Both the position numbers and the translations under genes were made by a program. Below are positions 14,119-25,761 of a stretch of DNA of 64,000 bases, piece after piece. Below the pieces are notes generated by a model. The model was not told the DNA's origin. It did no database searches and saw only the letters and a list, made by a program, of their open reading frames with translations. Origin of the DNA: Octopus sinensis (taxonomy: Eukaryota); the NCBI RefSeq assembly GCF_006345805.1, contig NC_042998.1:38750001-38814000 (forward strand), written 5' to 3'. How positions within the stretch are numbered: position 1 is the first letter of the stretch; every line of letters starts with the position of its first letter.

Positions 14119-14402
14119 AACAATTGCAGCGTGGAAGGTGTTTATAGGCCATTTAAGAAACGCACAAAAACCGTTGGATTCACTTCAACATTTAAATTGA
14201 ATTTGGCGAAATATTTTCGTCACTTTGAGACCTGTTCACTGACAAAATTCCGTGATGCATCAAGGAATTTCATCAGTGAACAGGTCGCGGTCTCAAAGCG
14301 ACGAAAATATTTCGCCAAATTAAATTTAAATGTTGAAGTGAATCTAACGGTTTTTGTGCGTTTCTTAAATGGCTTATAAACACCTTCCACGCTGCAATTG
14401 TT
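14119..14402. repeat. 284-bp near-perfect palindrome (foldback/MITE-like)
   Basis: AACAATTGCAGCGTGGAAGGTGTTTATA... pairs with ...TATAAACACCTTCCACGCTGCAATTGTT; the centre TGATGCATCA (14253-14262) is itself palindromic; the left arm lacks GCGACC. Confidence 0.93.
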
Positions 14403-15197
14403 TTCGTTCCAGTACACGATCTCAGATCAGGTCACTTGCTATGCAAGTACATCTCCGTGACAAATAACCGATGTTTTCTGTATTTCTTTAATACTGCTAA
14501 ATGGAAAATAGTCCACAATGCTTGCTTTTGCCCTGGTTCGACGCCAGTCGTTTAACTGCACGCAATACATAAATGGAGTGTGGAACGTACCAAGCTTGGC
14601 CTACGCTTGCAGCTCATATCTTATACACATACACACATACACACATATATACATATTAATTTTTGGTTTTATGTTCTGTCATATAAATCAAAGGTAGGAC
14701 AAAAAGAACATAAGTGGAATCGAACAAAACACAAGCTGAAAAATAGACGATAACATAACATAAGCGATAACAAGCAATAACAAACAACAAACGAGACAGA
14801 AAGAGGATACAGAGACCATTTGCAGAAAATTTCCTCATCACTCGGTTTCTGGAAAGTAATTATAGTTTCACATCTCTTTAAAACTGGGGCTATTCGAATC
14901 TAGCAATGTACCAGGGATTTAAGCGAAAAGCATTGAGCCTCTGGGAGAAGCAAACGACTGTATACAGAAACAAAATAAAAAACGAAAACAAAGCACACAG
15001 AAAGTAATAGTACATTACCATAGGAATGGAGAAATAAGAGAAAGGGGTCTTTCGACTGTCGGACGAATGTAACGCTATGAAATAATGAAAGTGCAGCAGA
15101 GAAAAACAGAATTGTGCATAAAATTAACCAGCAGCTTTCGGCTAAGCAACAATAGAAAAATAATTCTCACACACACACACATTTATATATAAATTGG

Positions 15198-15889
15198 TCA
15201 AAACAGCTTGATTCGGATACGTTGCTACTTCAAGTTCCGAAGCTCCTTTCGGAGCCTTTCTCGTCGAACTGGTAAGAATGCAAATGACTGGAGATGTACA
15301 TGAAGTCTAAAATAGCTACCAGTAGATGGGCTGCGATTGGTCAAGGAAGGGCACGTGATATGTCACGATTCATAGTATCGGTAAGCAAACGACAGCAGGT
15401 ACATGAGCGTGTATATATATATATATATATATACACGTGTACGTGTGTGTCTGTGCGTATTAATGCACACACGTGCGTGCATGCGGACGTGCTCAAACGC
15501 GCGCATACACATGCACATAAACTTATACATACATACATACGCACACATACGTATACACGCACATACAGGCGCGTGCGCACACTTGTGGTCATATGTTTAC
15601 AAGCCTCACTCATTCCATAATCAGACGCACTGTTGACCCTAAATTCCTGTCCAATCACACGACCAGAGGAATTCTTTTTAGTCATGTAATTGCTGTCAAT
15701 TACTTAGCGACTCTATTAATCGTGGCATCCTGTTTTCTTCCTCGACCAATCGCAGCTCGTCTACTGGTAGCCATCTTGGATTCCTTGTACTTCTCCGGTC
15801 AATCGGATTTTTACAGCCTGACGAGAAAGGCCCAGGCCCCGTTTGGGGCATCAAAATCTGAACGCAGAATCCGAATTAAGCTGTTTCGA
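15198..15889. repeat. Diverged ~150-bp inverted repeat pair (15198-15349 / 15737-15889)
   Basis: Shared blocks GACCAATCGCAGC, TCTACTGGTAGC, GACGAGAAAGGC, ATCCGAAT.AAGCTGTTT in opposite orientation; a third copy at 16603-16755 arises from the tandem duplication. Confidence 0.75.
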
Positions 15890-15949
15890 ATAATAATATA
15901 TGTAACTCCCAATAAATCTGTCGAGTGCCCTTTCTTATGTTTTCCACTC

Positions 15950-16044
<95 letters not shown>

Positions 16045-16223
16045 CATATGTATGTATATATATATGCATACATACATTCTATGTGAGGAATACCACGTGA
16101 CACATGTTCCTAAATCTAAGCATGTTAGTACAACAGAAACAACTGTCAGTTTTGTAAAGAGGATTCTACAGTTAAAGATGTGATTTATCTATAAGTATTT
16201 TGTGAAGTATTATCAGCCTCAAC

Positions 16224-16288
<65 letters not shown>

Positions 16289-16815
16289 ATATATATATAC
16301 ACGTGTACGTGTGTGTCTGTGCGTATTAATGCACACACGTGCGTGCATGCGGACGTGCTCAAACGCGCGCATACACATGCACATAAACTTATACATACAT
16401 ACATACGCACACATACGTATACACGCACATACAGGCGCGTGCGCACACTTGTGGTCATATGTTTACAAGCCTCACTCATTCCATAATCAGACGCACTGTT
16501 GACCCTAAATTCCTGTCCAATCACACGACCAGAGGAATTCTTTTTAGTCATGTAATTGCTGTCAATTACTTAGCGACTCTATTAATCGTGGCATCCTGTT
16601 TTCTTCCTCGACCAATCGCAGCTCGTCTACTGGTAGCCATCTTGGATTCCTTGTACTTCTCCGGTCAATCGGATTTTTACAGCCTGACGAGAAAGGCCCA
16701 GGCCCCGTTTGGGGCATCAAAATCTGAACGCAGAATCCGAATTAAGCTGTTTCGAATAATAATATATGTAACTCCCAATAAATCTGTCGAGTGCCCTTTC
16801 TTATGTTTTCCACTC

Positions 16816-16910
<95 letters not shown>

Positions 16911-17081
16911 GTATGTATATATATATGCATACATACATTCTATGTGAGGAATACCACGTGACACATGTTCCTAAATCTAAGCATGTTAGTACAACAGAAA
17001 CAACTGTCAGTTTTGTAAAGAGGATTCTACAGTTAAAGATGTGATTTATCTATAAGTATTTTGTGAAGTATTATCAGCCTC

Positions 17082-17085
<4 letters not shown>
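15433..17085. repeat. Tandem duplication, two ~0.8-kb copies (15433-16224, 16299-17085)
   Basis: Offset 866/861 bp; the copies appear identical except for (TA)n length; both junctions lie in (TA)n tracts. Confidence 0.95.
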
Positions 17086-17129
<44 letters not shown>

Positions 17130-17207
17130 TATATATATATAATATATATATATATATACACATATATATATAATATATATATAGCTGAGGCTGATAATAC
17201 TTCACAA
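17061..17207. repeat. 25-bp inverted repeat enclosing a (TA)n tract
   Basis: TTGTGAAGTATTATCAGCCTCAACT-(TA)n-AGCTGAGGCTGATAATACTTCACAA. Confidence 0.85.
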
Positions 17208-17399
17208 GCTGTTACTCAGTATTTCACATAACTATTCATTAGACAGTTGTGAGAATTCAGAATAACACAATAATTTATAAATGTTCGTGGAAACCGAAGC
17301 TGACTGGGCAACTACTTTTCAAAATGATGGTATGCAGCTGGTCAAGTCAACTGACCGTACCGGAAAATAAAATGAAAATTAACTTGAATCGAAAAGATT

Positions 17400-18460
17400 A
17401 AAAACATGTCCTTGGAACAGTTATAAAGATAAACAGGATGAAATAGACCTTGTCAGAAATAAGATGTTATAAGTGATTAAGAAGCATAAAACTATTTTGA
17501 ATGCTTGGATGGAATAATCCCTTTTATCAATAAAAAAATTAAGCTGAACCTCGGGGATAATTCTGACGTACTCTAAAAGTAAAAGAAGTAAGGAAATATA
17601 AAAATGTTATTCGTCTAATTTGACATCGACAGTTATCACGCCTCCACGTTTCCTATGCTCTTAGTAAATCTCTCAATATTCTCATCAAAAATCAATAAGC
17701 TAGGCAAGGATGAGATCAATATAATTCTCACGGCAATTGTTCAAATTCAGCCAAATATCTACATCTAGAAATCAAGGAATGACAATCGATACTCTAACAA
17801 ATCTTCTGATTCAGCTCAAGTTACGGACTTGGTCAACCTGTTTATACTGTATGAACTTCAAGGAAAGTTTCCAGAAATTCAGAGGAGGTTTATATTGGGA
17901 CGATGCTTTAATAATTTTTGAAAATCATAACCCCTCTGGCTTTGAAAGGTAGCATAAGAGACTAATTGGATCCTTTCGAAATTAAAATCACGCTCCGTCT
18001 CTTTCAGTCCCCAAATATAAATCTTGTTGATGTCAAGTAAGACCAGTGGCCCTCAAATGGGGTACACATGATGTTTGGATACCCGTATAAGATGTTGATG
18101 TTGTGTGCAATAAAATGGTTAAACTTCTACAATGCGCCAAATATTTTAACAATTTTGTTTTATACAATTCCTAATAATACTTATTTATAAAAATACAATC
18201 ATAATTTTTAATCATCGAATGACTTGGGAACCACTACTTTAGACCAAAACAGCATGTGGAATTTTCCTTACCACAAACCAAGCGAAAATTTACGCTACAT
18301 TCACCGTTTATCTAATCACCCTTGATCCATAACAGACACTGTAATCAGATATTTCCCTTGGAATTTCTAAATCATCTGCAAACGGACAAATTATTTTCAA
18401 ATGACTAATACCGAATAATACAGGCAGAAACTGGAGAGAAGTGGATAAGATTAATTTCTC
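17400..18460 (+). mobile_element. Degraded Penelope-like element RT (Naiad-type, YRDD-like motif)
   Basis: Broken frames give DEIDLVRNKML, FDIDSY, GGLYWDDALIIFENHNPSGFER and PYHKPSENLRYIHRLSNHP, matching the EIG.ISK / FDI..FY / GLYRDD / Y.KP....YI...SNHP order of this PLE group. Confidence 0.7.
18044..18236. mobile_element. hAT-type (Charlie-like) MITE inserted in the PLE relic
   Basis: Ends CAGTGGCCCTCAAA / TTGGGAACCACTA resemble CAGTGGTTCCCAA-type TIRs; target duplication degraded (..AGAC on both sides). Confidence 0.55.
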
Positions 18461-19264
18461 AGGATGAACAGGAGGGGAATTATACAAGAATCGTTAAAAC
18501 GCAGATGTATGCATAGGAGTAAACAATTAATAAAAAATAATCAGAAGCTGTAGAAATATTTTCATATTGATCATAAACTCTTTTAGCACTTTCATTCACA
18601 TAGCATTTTACAAAATCTGGAAGATTACGTATGAGAGATGTCAGCTGTTTGTTTTCGAATGTCAGCAGTTCAAATATTATTGTTACATTTGTTAGCTGGA
18701 GTTTGGTTGTTCGTTTTGACATGGTTCTGTTGTGAGCATAATGGTTGGATAAAGGATGTATATAATGTCACGTGTTTGAAGTTCGGCTTTTGATTCGAGT
18801 AAAAGCCGTAACAGTCATTCAGGAAGTGTTTCCATGTCTCAAGAATGAACTTTTTAAAATTTTAACCAAATGATTCTCTACTCCTTGACATGAATTTTCT
18901 TCTCAGTAACCAATCAACAAGCCAGCCTATGAGGGTGCTACTATTGTGCTTATTGATAGCTGTAGAATGACAAATTAAAACCAAGAATTTATTGAAATTG
19001 ATAAAAAGCTAAGCATCTTAAAAAAAAACCTATCCTCAAAACAACCACACCAGAAATCATTTGTTCTTTGCCTCATTCTTCAGCAGACAGCTGAAATTCC
19101 ACGTGATGTTACACAGAAATCAATGAACAGCTGATCTTTTTTAGACAAAGATTTCACCCAAACCGCTTTAAAGTAGCGACCTTCTCACAAGCTCATCCTT
19201 TGTTTAAATATCCACTATTAACACACACACACACACACACACACATGCCTATAAATCTCAAACA

Positions 19265-19700
19265 ACAAACTGGTTCAGTTCTATACTAGATTCTACTGAG
19301 GCCTCGAGCAATAAGTTCGATGTTTTCCGTTTATACTCGGCAGATTTGTATTTTAATTTCTCAGCTTTTGTTGTAAGTTCATCTTTCAGCTGATAAAGAT
19401 TGGAATCTAAGGTTTTAGTTTCAGAGTCTTCAAACTGCTTTCTTTGTTTAGCTTTGACCGTTTCTGATGTTGTGTGAATTTATCTGCGAGAAAGTTCTTC
19501 GAAGTTACATAAGAAAACAAAATTTTATTTTGCAAGTTGTAAGCCCAGCTCGGCTCCTGGTGTTTACCTCTGCTCTTATTGTGCACCTCCACCTCCTGGT
19601 ATCAAGAGGTTTATTTTCATGTCTGCGAGTTCTGCTTTAACAGACATTTTAGTCTCAGCATTAATCCAAAGCGTTTCCATTCAGATCTTACACTTAATTC
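19265..19700 (-). mobile_element. Degraded R4/Dong-type LINE, N-terminal ORF region
   Basis: QEPSWAYNLQNKI and LYQLKDELTTKAEKLKYKSAEYKRKTSNLL resemble the P.W.RRLE.KI and LKQ.L.AK..RL.RY...N.LF blocks upstream of R4-type RT. Confidence 0.45.
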
Positions 19701-19825
19701 ATATAACTGTTGATTAAGTACATAATTCCAACGCATGTTGCGGGTACAGTCGCCATTGGGACAAAGAAGACAAAGATATGATTAGCCAAGCTGATTTCTC
19801 TATCCAGTCACTTTCAGTCTGTATT

Positions 19826-20010
19826 GGTTTCAAATTTTGGCACAAGGCCTGCAATTTCGAGAGAGGGGGCGGGGCTAATCGGTTACATCAACCCTAGTGT
19901 CAGCTGGCAATTATTTTATCGACCCCGAAAGGGAGAAAGGTAAAGTCGCATAAAGACGGACGAAAGGCAGCGAAGCATTTCGTCCGGCCCGGTGATGATT
20001 CTACCAGCTC
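19826..20010 (-). mobile_element. SINE family 2 with internal deletion
   Basis: Reverse complement of GGCGAGCTGGTAGAATC..CCTTTCGGGGTCGATAAAA. Confidence 0.75.
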
Positions 20011-20699
20011 GCCAGCGCAATTTGTATTTAACATTAAATAGACGATGCTGTTTCAAACTATACGGCTTGCAGTTTTACAATTCAATTTCTTTCAATTCCA
20101 TAAAAATATCCAAGCAAGCATATCGAGTTACCACAGTAGAACAAATGCTTACCTGTCGTAGTTTGTGTGGTTGTGTATATAGAAAGAGAGAGAGAGATTA
20201 ACAAATATCAGGAAGCAATAAGCGGGAACACGGTACCCTCTAGGAATATATAAATGTGTGTGTGTGTGTGTGTGTGTGCTCGCGCGTATGCATGCGTGCT
20301 ATTGTGTCCATACTTATGTAGAAATATTTCATGTAATCTTGCCTGAATTCTGTAGCTCAACTTTCCCACTGTGCCTTCGTATATGTCGTAATTACATAAA
20401 TCCGGATTTTAGACTCACCTCTGCGCTTGTCATGTTACGTACGTACGTGTGTATGTATGTATTTTTATGTATATACGTATATGTGTATGTATATATGTTT
20501 ACACATATATACATAAATATATGTACGTATATATTTATGTTTGTATGGATGCATGCATGTGTGTGTGTGCAAGCATAGTCAGTTGTTAATATATGTATAG
20601 TGAATACCTGTTTGCATAAATACTGGTGCCTGAATAATTGCGCCCATGCAGTTTATTCTGTTGAAAATATTCTAAGCAATAAGTATGAACCCAAATTCA

Positions 20700-21900
20700 G
20701 ATCGATAATGTTCGGAATGCACATCACAGTTTTCCAGGTAGAAAGAGAATCCATAAGCAAATCTGCAGCTGTAAATGGCATCGAGATTCAGCCACTGATG
20801 ACGCATTAATATTTTATAGAACACAGACCAGTAGAAGTTGAGGAAGAGTATCGTTTGAAGTGTTACCCAGTGATACTTTCATCTTGTGTGATTTTAATAG
20901 GCAACATTTATCTATTGAGCTCTGATATAATCAAAATCAGTATCTGTGATTTGGCATAAATGTGGAAAATATCGCGCTTTAAAATTGAAAGCAATTTTCC
21001 TTAATCCAGTGGTACTTTTGAATCCAAAAGTAACGGCTTGAACTCCTTCCATTTGTCAAATGTACAATTTAGTTCAAATTCGCATTCATTATCTGAAGCC
21101 GATAAAGTAGGTCCCTGCAATATATACTAAGGGCAAATCTCCTCATTATAGACACTTTCCATGATGTGATTATCTGTATATCCGATCAAACAAAATTATT
21201 ATTTCCTGAAAAGAAATGTTAGCTTCATTCACTTTTGAACAGGCGCAATGTATTTAAATGTTAGCCAGCCACATTATATATGGCTTCGTAATTATTTCTT
21301 AATAGGCATAATTTAAAGTGAAAATAAGTAACGTTGGTTTCCTTCTCATTAGAAATATCGATAACTGCGATATAGAATTCAGCTGCTCATTCCTTTTATT
21401 CTTGTATTGAAATGTAGCGTTCATCTGAAAACGTTTTCTTACGTCACCTAAAAATGAATCAATGAATCAGCTGAGAAATATTTCAATTTATCGAACGATT
21501 TCTACTGAGATTTACGTAGTTTATTTGTGAATATCGTCCATTGTATCGAGAGCAGCTCCGATAAAGATATGTCTTATCGAATTTGTTTAATGATTTTCAT
21601 TAAAATATATCTGAGTAGAAAACCTCAAGCATTCAATCATTATCTTATTTCATCCATCAAAGTTTCCGATCACTTGCCGTTTGTATTCTTTTGCATAATC
21701 CTTCCCAGTTTTTTCTAGGATGATTCAAAAAGTAATATCTCTTGGAAAAAAATTTCTTAGGATTTGAGAACATTTTAATCTAAATTGTTCTTTATGACAA
21801 TCTTTGCACGATGTACCTCAAAGATGAAGTGATATCAATTCAGAATTTTTAATAACTAAATTCAAACGCCACTGGAGTCTTCTTCGTGTTTCATCCATAA
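20700..21900 (-). pseudogene. Heavily degraded hAT-superfamily transposase
   Basis: Broken minus-strand frames: IMDET, VIGNFDG, FDKWKEFKP, KMKVSLGNTSNDTLPQLLLVC..INASSVAES, resembling the DE, DG and dimerisation-domain (IKT..RN.L.N.TL..L..I..NG) motifs. Confidence 0.45.
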
Positions 21901-22281
21901 TTAATTCACTAAGCTGTATCGCTTCCTACTCTTGAAAGTATTGTATATCACAGCCAAATAAATAATTATTAAAAATTAAAATTCAGTAGACATTGGGTAA
22001 AATTTGGGTAGACATTGGGTAAAATTTCATAGACATTGGGTATTTCATGGGATATTTCATTGGGTATTTCATTTCTACGATAAGTCATGCATGTGACGAT
22101 CTAGCATGTATTACAGGATCAGTAAAATATACAGAACTAATACATTAAGATACCGAGTCACTCGGTTACACGCGCAACTGAAAGCTCTTCGCCAATTAAA
22201 AATCATTTGCTTTATTAAAATTACAAAATGTCTTCATATTCTCTTGTCTTTATGTTTTATTGTTAGGTATTGTTATTTGAA

Positions 22282-22510
22282 GGCATCAAGCTGGCTGAAA
22301 CGTTAGCACGCCGGGCGAAATGCATAGCCGTATTTCGTCTGCCGTTACGTTCTGAGTTCAAATTCCGCCGAGGTCGACTTTGCCTTTCATCCTTTCGGGG
22401 TCGATTAAATAAGTACCAGTTACACACTGGGGTCGATGTAATCGACTTAATCCGTTTGTCTCTCCTTGTTTGTCCTCCCTGTGTTTAGCCCCTTGTGGGT
22501 AGTAAAGAAA
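22282..22510 (+). mobile_element. Full-length SINE family 2 with 18-bp target-site duplication
   Basis: tRNA-like head, B box GAGTTCAAATTCC, core GCCTTTCATCCTTTCGGGGTCGA (Meta-domain-like). TSD TAGGTATTGTTATTTGAA (22264-22281) / TAGGTATTGTTAATTGAA (22511-22528). Confidence 0.92.
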
Positions 22511-23007
22511 TAGGTATTGTTAATTGAATTACTCATCATATACTAATGGGATGTGTTTTATCGATCCTAGAGAAATGAAAGCCAAATTTTATACTAGTGA
22601 GAATTAAATTAAAGGCTTTTAGTTCCACAATCCCTGGTTTCTGTCATTCATTTTCTTTTGCCCTGTGAAATAGGATTTCTTATTTTTGTGATATTTAAAG
22701 GAAGACTGACAGACTGACAGAAAAATCGCCTTTTTACAGGGTTAGTGAACTTCATTAAATGTTCCTTCGCGATTTATTTCCCTACTTACGAATTTTACCC
22801 GCAGAGTGTAACTGGGACTGTCTTTTCCAGACAATTAGGGGATTTGCTTTAAGGAAATATATGACATCTCATTCCAATTTTATAATTATTGCTGCAAAGT
22901 AGAAATTAGTAGCCAATAAGATGAGAGCAAGGGAGAGAATGCAGTTCGTGCTACCTTCTGGTCCTCGTGCCAATGTATTATGCTGTATATAAACCCATAA
23001 TACATAC

Positions 23008-23099
23008 CATTCTGTGAGCTAATTCACCACGTGGCTTCTGTGGTTGAGTTGCAGATTCAGCCCTGAGATACCAGGCATAGGATAGGTCCGCTCCATTTC
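23008..23099 (-). CDS. Candidate internal coding exon (92 nt): (G)NGADLSYAWYLRAESATQPQKPRGELAHRM
   Basis: Acceptor ..GTACTTTGTAG, donor ATG|GTATGT; only one of three frames is open. LSYAWY resembles an Ig C-strand. The upstream flank resembles a SINE tail. Confidence 0.4.
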
Positions 23100-23269
23100 C
23101 TACAAAGTACATTATCCAATGCGTCCCAAACGGTCTTTTGTTTTTTTATATTTGTGAAATATATAGTTGCTTTTTTTTATATATTTTAAGAAGTTTTACC
23201 GATCACGTGACAAGTTTTCGAATTCATTCCACATTAAATCAAAAGAAAGACATGTACACAAGTGCAGAC

Positions 23270-23650
23270 ATAGTTTAATGTTAAGACCTCGACTTCGAAC
23301 CTAGAGGTTTCGGGTTCAGTTTCACTGTGTGGCTCCTTGGGTAATTGTCTTCTAATAAGAGATCTGACAAATGCCTTCTGAGTGAAATTGCTAAACTGAA
23401 ACTATGCAGCAGCCCGTCAAATACACGCATGTGTGTGTGTGTGTGCGCGCGCGTGCGTGTGTGTTTATGTCTATTTCTGATTGTTCCTCTCACTATACTC
23501 TCTATAAATTCACACCACTCGACAAACGCTGCAGGATTGTTAAAGTCTTTATTGTGACCTCTTTCTTCTTAAAATATATAAATGGTCTTCGAGCGACCAA
23601 ACGATTTAAAGTGTTGCCGCAACAAAACGTATTGCAATGACTGAAGTAAC
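23270..23650 (+). mobile_element. Old, diverged SINE family 1 copy
   Basis: GGGTTCAGTTTCACTGTGTGGCTCCTTGGG..GAAACTATGCAGCAGCCCGTC, internal GT run, tail AATGACTGAA. Confidence 0.6.
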
Positions 23651-23907
23651 GGAATGGTAAAAACCTAAATGTGGATGCGGTTATTTATAGACGTGTTTGA
23701 TTGCAAATATTGATCCCTATAGCATAGGTGCCAGTCTGACAGAGAATCACACTAAGATTAAATTTCGTCTCCTGGAAGCCGGCTTTTCAATTGTTCCACT
23801 GCTAAATTTGTGACAAGTTTTGGCTCAGTCAAGTCGGTTCGCCGAGCACACACACACACACACACATATATACATGTATATATAAGCTTACATGTTTACA
23901 AACATAT

Positions 23908-23982
<75 letters not shown>

Positions 23983-24049
23983 ACTCACTGATCTGATTTG
24001 AGCCCGAGAGCAGCGGCCATGCTGGGGCATCGCCATTAGCTTTGATACA

Positions 24050-24175
24050 CTTTCACTACTTGAAACCTTCTCCAGTTTTACTTTGAAAACGCCTACATCT
24101 ACCCCATGTAGGCCTCTCAGGCATTTAGGGAAGATATTGAAGAGCTGCCGGCCCTTGAAATCCAAGTTGTTGCAT
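24050..24175 (-). mobile_element. CR1/L2-type LINE 3' fragment
   Basis: FKGRQLFNIFPKCLRGLHGVDVGVFKVKLEK matches the G..LFN.LP..R....V..FK..LD end of CR1-type ORF2. Confidence 0.65.
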
Positions 24176-24392
24176 GCATGCATACATACATATATGTAAC
24201 TTTTTGGACTAATAGGTATAAGTAGATTAGTGTGCTGATGTAGCCCCAACCACTGGCATGGTTGGGGATACCTGGTGTCATCCACAGTTGGGGTATGTTT
24301 CCATTGGATCTACTTCAGGAATTCCGCAGTGTTAGTTGAGATAACAGTAATTGATTAAGTAACCAGAAGATGAATTTGGCATTAATCTTTTA

Positions 24393-25729
24393 CTCTCGCT
24401 CAGAGTAAAAGGCAGACTTTATGATGCATGTGTACGTACAGCCATGCTACATGGTAGTGAAACATGGGCCGTGACTGCTGAGGATATGCGTAAGCTCGCA
24501 AGAAATGAAGCCAGTATGCTCCGATGGATGTGTAATGTCAGTGTTCATAATCGTCAGAGTGTAAGTACCTTGAGAGAAAAGTTGAACCTAAGAAGCGTCA
24601 GTTGTGGTGTGCAAGAGAGACGCCTGCGCTGGTATGGTCATATGACGAGAATGGCTGAAGATAGTTGTGTGCAAAAGTGCTACACCCTAGCAGTTGAGGG
24701 AACCTGTGGAAGAGGTAGACCCAGGAAAACCTGGGACGAAGTGGTGAAGCACGACCTACGAACTTTAGGTCTCACCAAGGAAATGACTAGAGACCGAGAC
24801 CTATGGAAGTATGCTGTGCGTGAGAAGACCCGGCAAAACTAGTCAGGCCATAACCCGTGGCCCCTACCTGGGACATAGTCAGTCCACCTGTGCATACCTT
24901 CCTTCTTGTGACACTTGTGAAGACCTGTTGAGGCAAGTGAAAATCAAACAAAATCAAAATAGATGAACATCAATGGAATTTGTATCTTTGTGGTACCAGT
25001 GCCGGTGGCACACAAGAAAACCATCCGAACGTGGCCGTAGCCAGTACCGCACCGACTGGCCTCCATGCTGTGGGCACGTAAAATCACCATCCAATCGTGG
25101 CCGATCGCCAGCCTAATCTGGCTCCTGTGTCGGTGGCACATAAAAACACCATCCGAGCGTGGTCGTCTGCTAGCCTTGTCTGGCACCTGTGTCGGTGGCA
25201 CATAAAAACACCATCCGAGCGTGGCCGTTCGCCAGCCTCGTCTGGCACCTGTGTCGGTGGCACATAAAAACACCATCCGTGCGTGGTCGTCTGCTAGCCT
25301 TGTCTGGCACCTGTGTCGGTGGCACATAAAAACACCATCCGAGCGTGGCCGTTCGCCAGCCTCGTCTGGCACCTGTGTCGGTGGCACATAAAAACACCAT
25401 CCGAGCGTGGTCGTCTGCTAGCCTTGTCTGGCACCTGTGTCGGTGGCACATAAAAACACCATCCGAGCGTGGCCGTTCGCCAGCTTCGTCTGGCACCTGT
25501 GTCGGTGGCACATAAAAACACCATCCGAGTGTGGCCGTTCGCCAGCCTCGTCTGGCACCTGTGTCGGTGGCACATAAAATCACCCACTACACTCTCGGAG
25601 CGGCTGGCGTTAGGAAGGGCATCCAGCTGTAGAAACACTGCCAGATCTGACTGGCCTGGTGCAGCCTTCGGGCTCCCCAGACCCCAGTTGAACCGTCCAA
25701 CCCATGCTAGCATGGAAAGCGGACGTTAA

Positions 25730-25757
<28 letters not shown>
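24393..25757 (+). mobile_element. 5'-truncated RTE-clade LINE with 3' UTR minisatellite and (GAT)n tail
   Basis: Open frame 24393-24842: LSLRVKGRLYDACVRTAMLHGSETW..RRLRWYGH..GRGRPRKTW..RDRDLWK. 3' end GGCGTTAGGAAGGGCATCCAGCTGTAGAAA..GGACGTTAAA(TGA)n. Confidence 0.93.
25007..25578 (+). repeat. 62-bp minisatellite, about 9 units, with A/B alternation
   Basis: GGCACA unit starts at 25135, 25197, 25259, 25321, 25383, 25445, 25507, 25569; two diverged units at 25007 and 25073. Confidence 0.95.

Positions 25758-25761
<4 letters not shown>

Noticed and set aside
18480-18722. 80-aa minus-strand ORF
   Set aside because: No donor site or recognisable motif; lies between transposon relics.
25007-25578. 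Regular 62-bp repeats as a CRISPR array, and their 137-147-aa minus-strand ORFs
   Set aside because: No unique spacers; contiguous tandem units inside a eukaryotic LINE 3' UTR.
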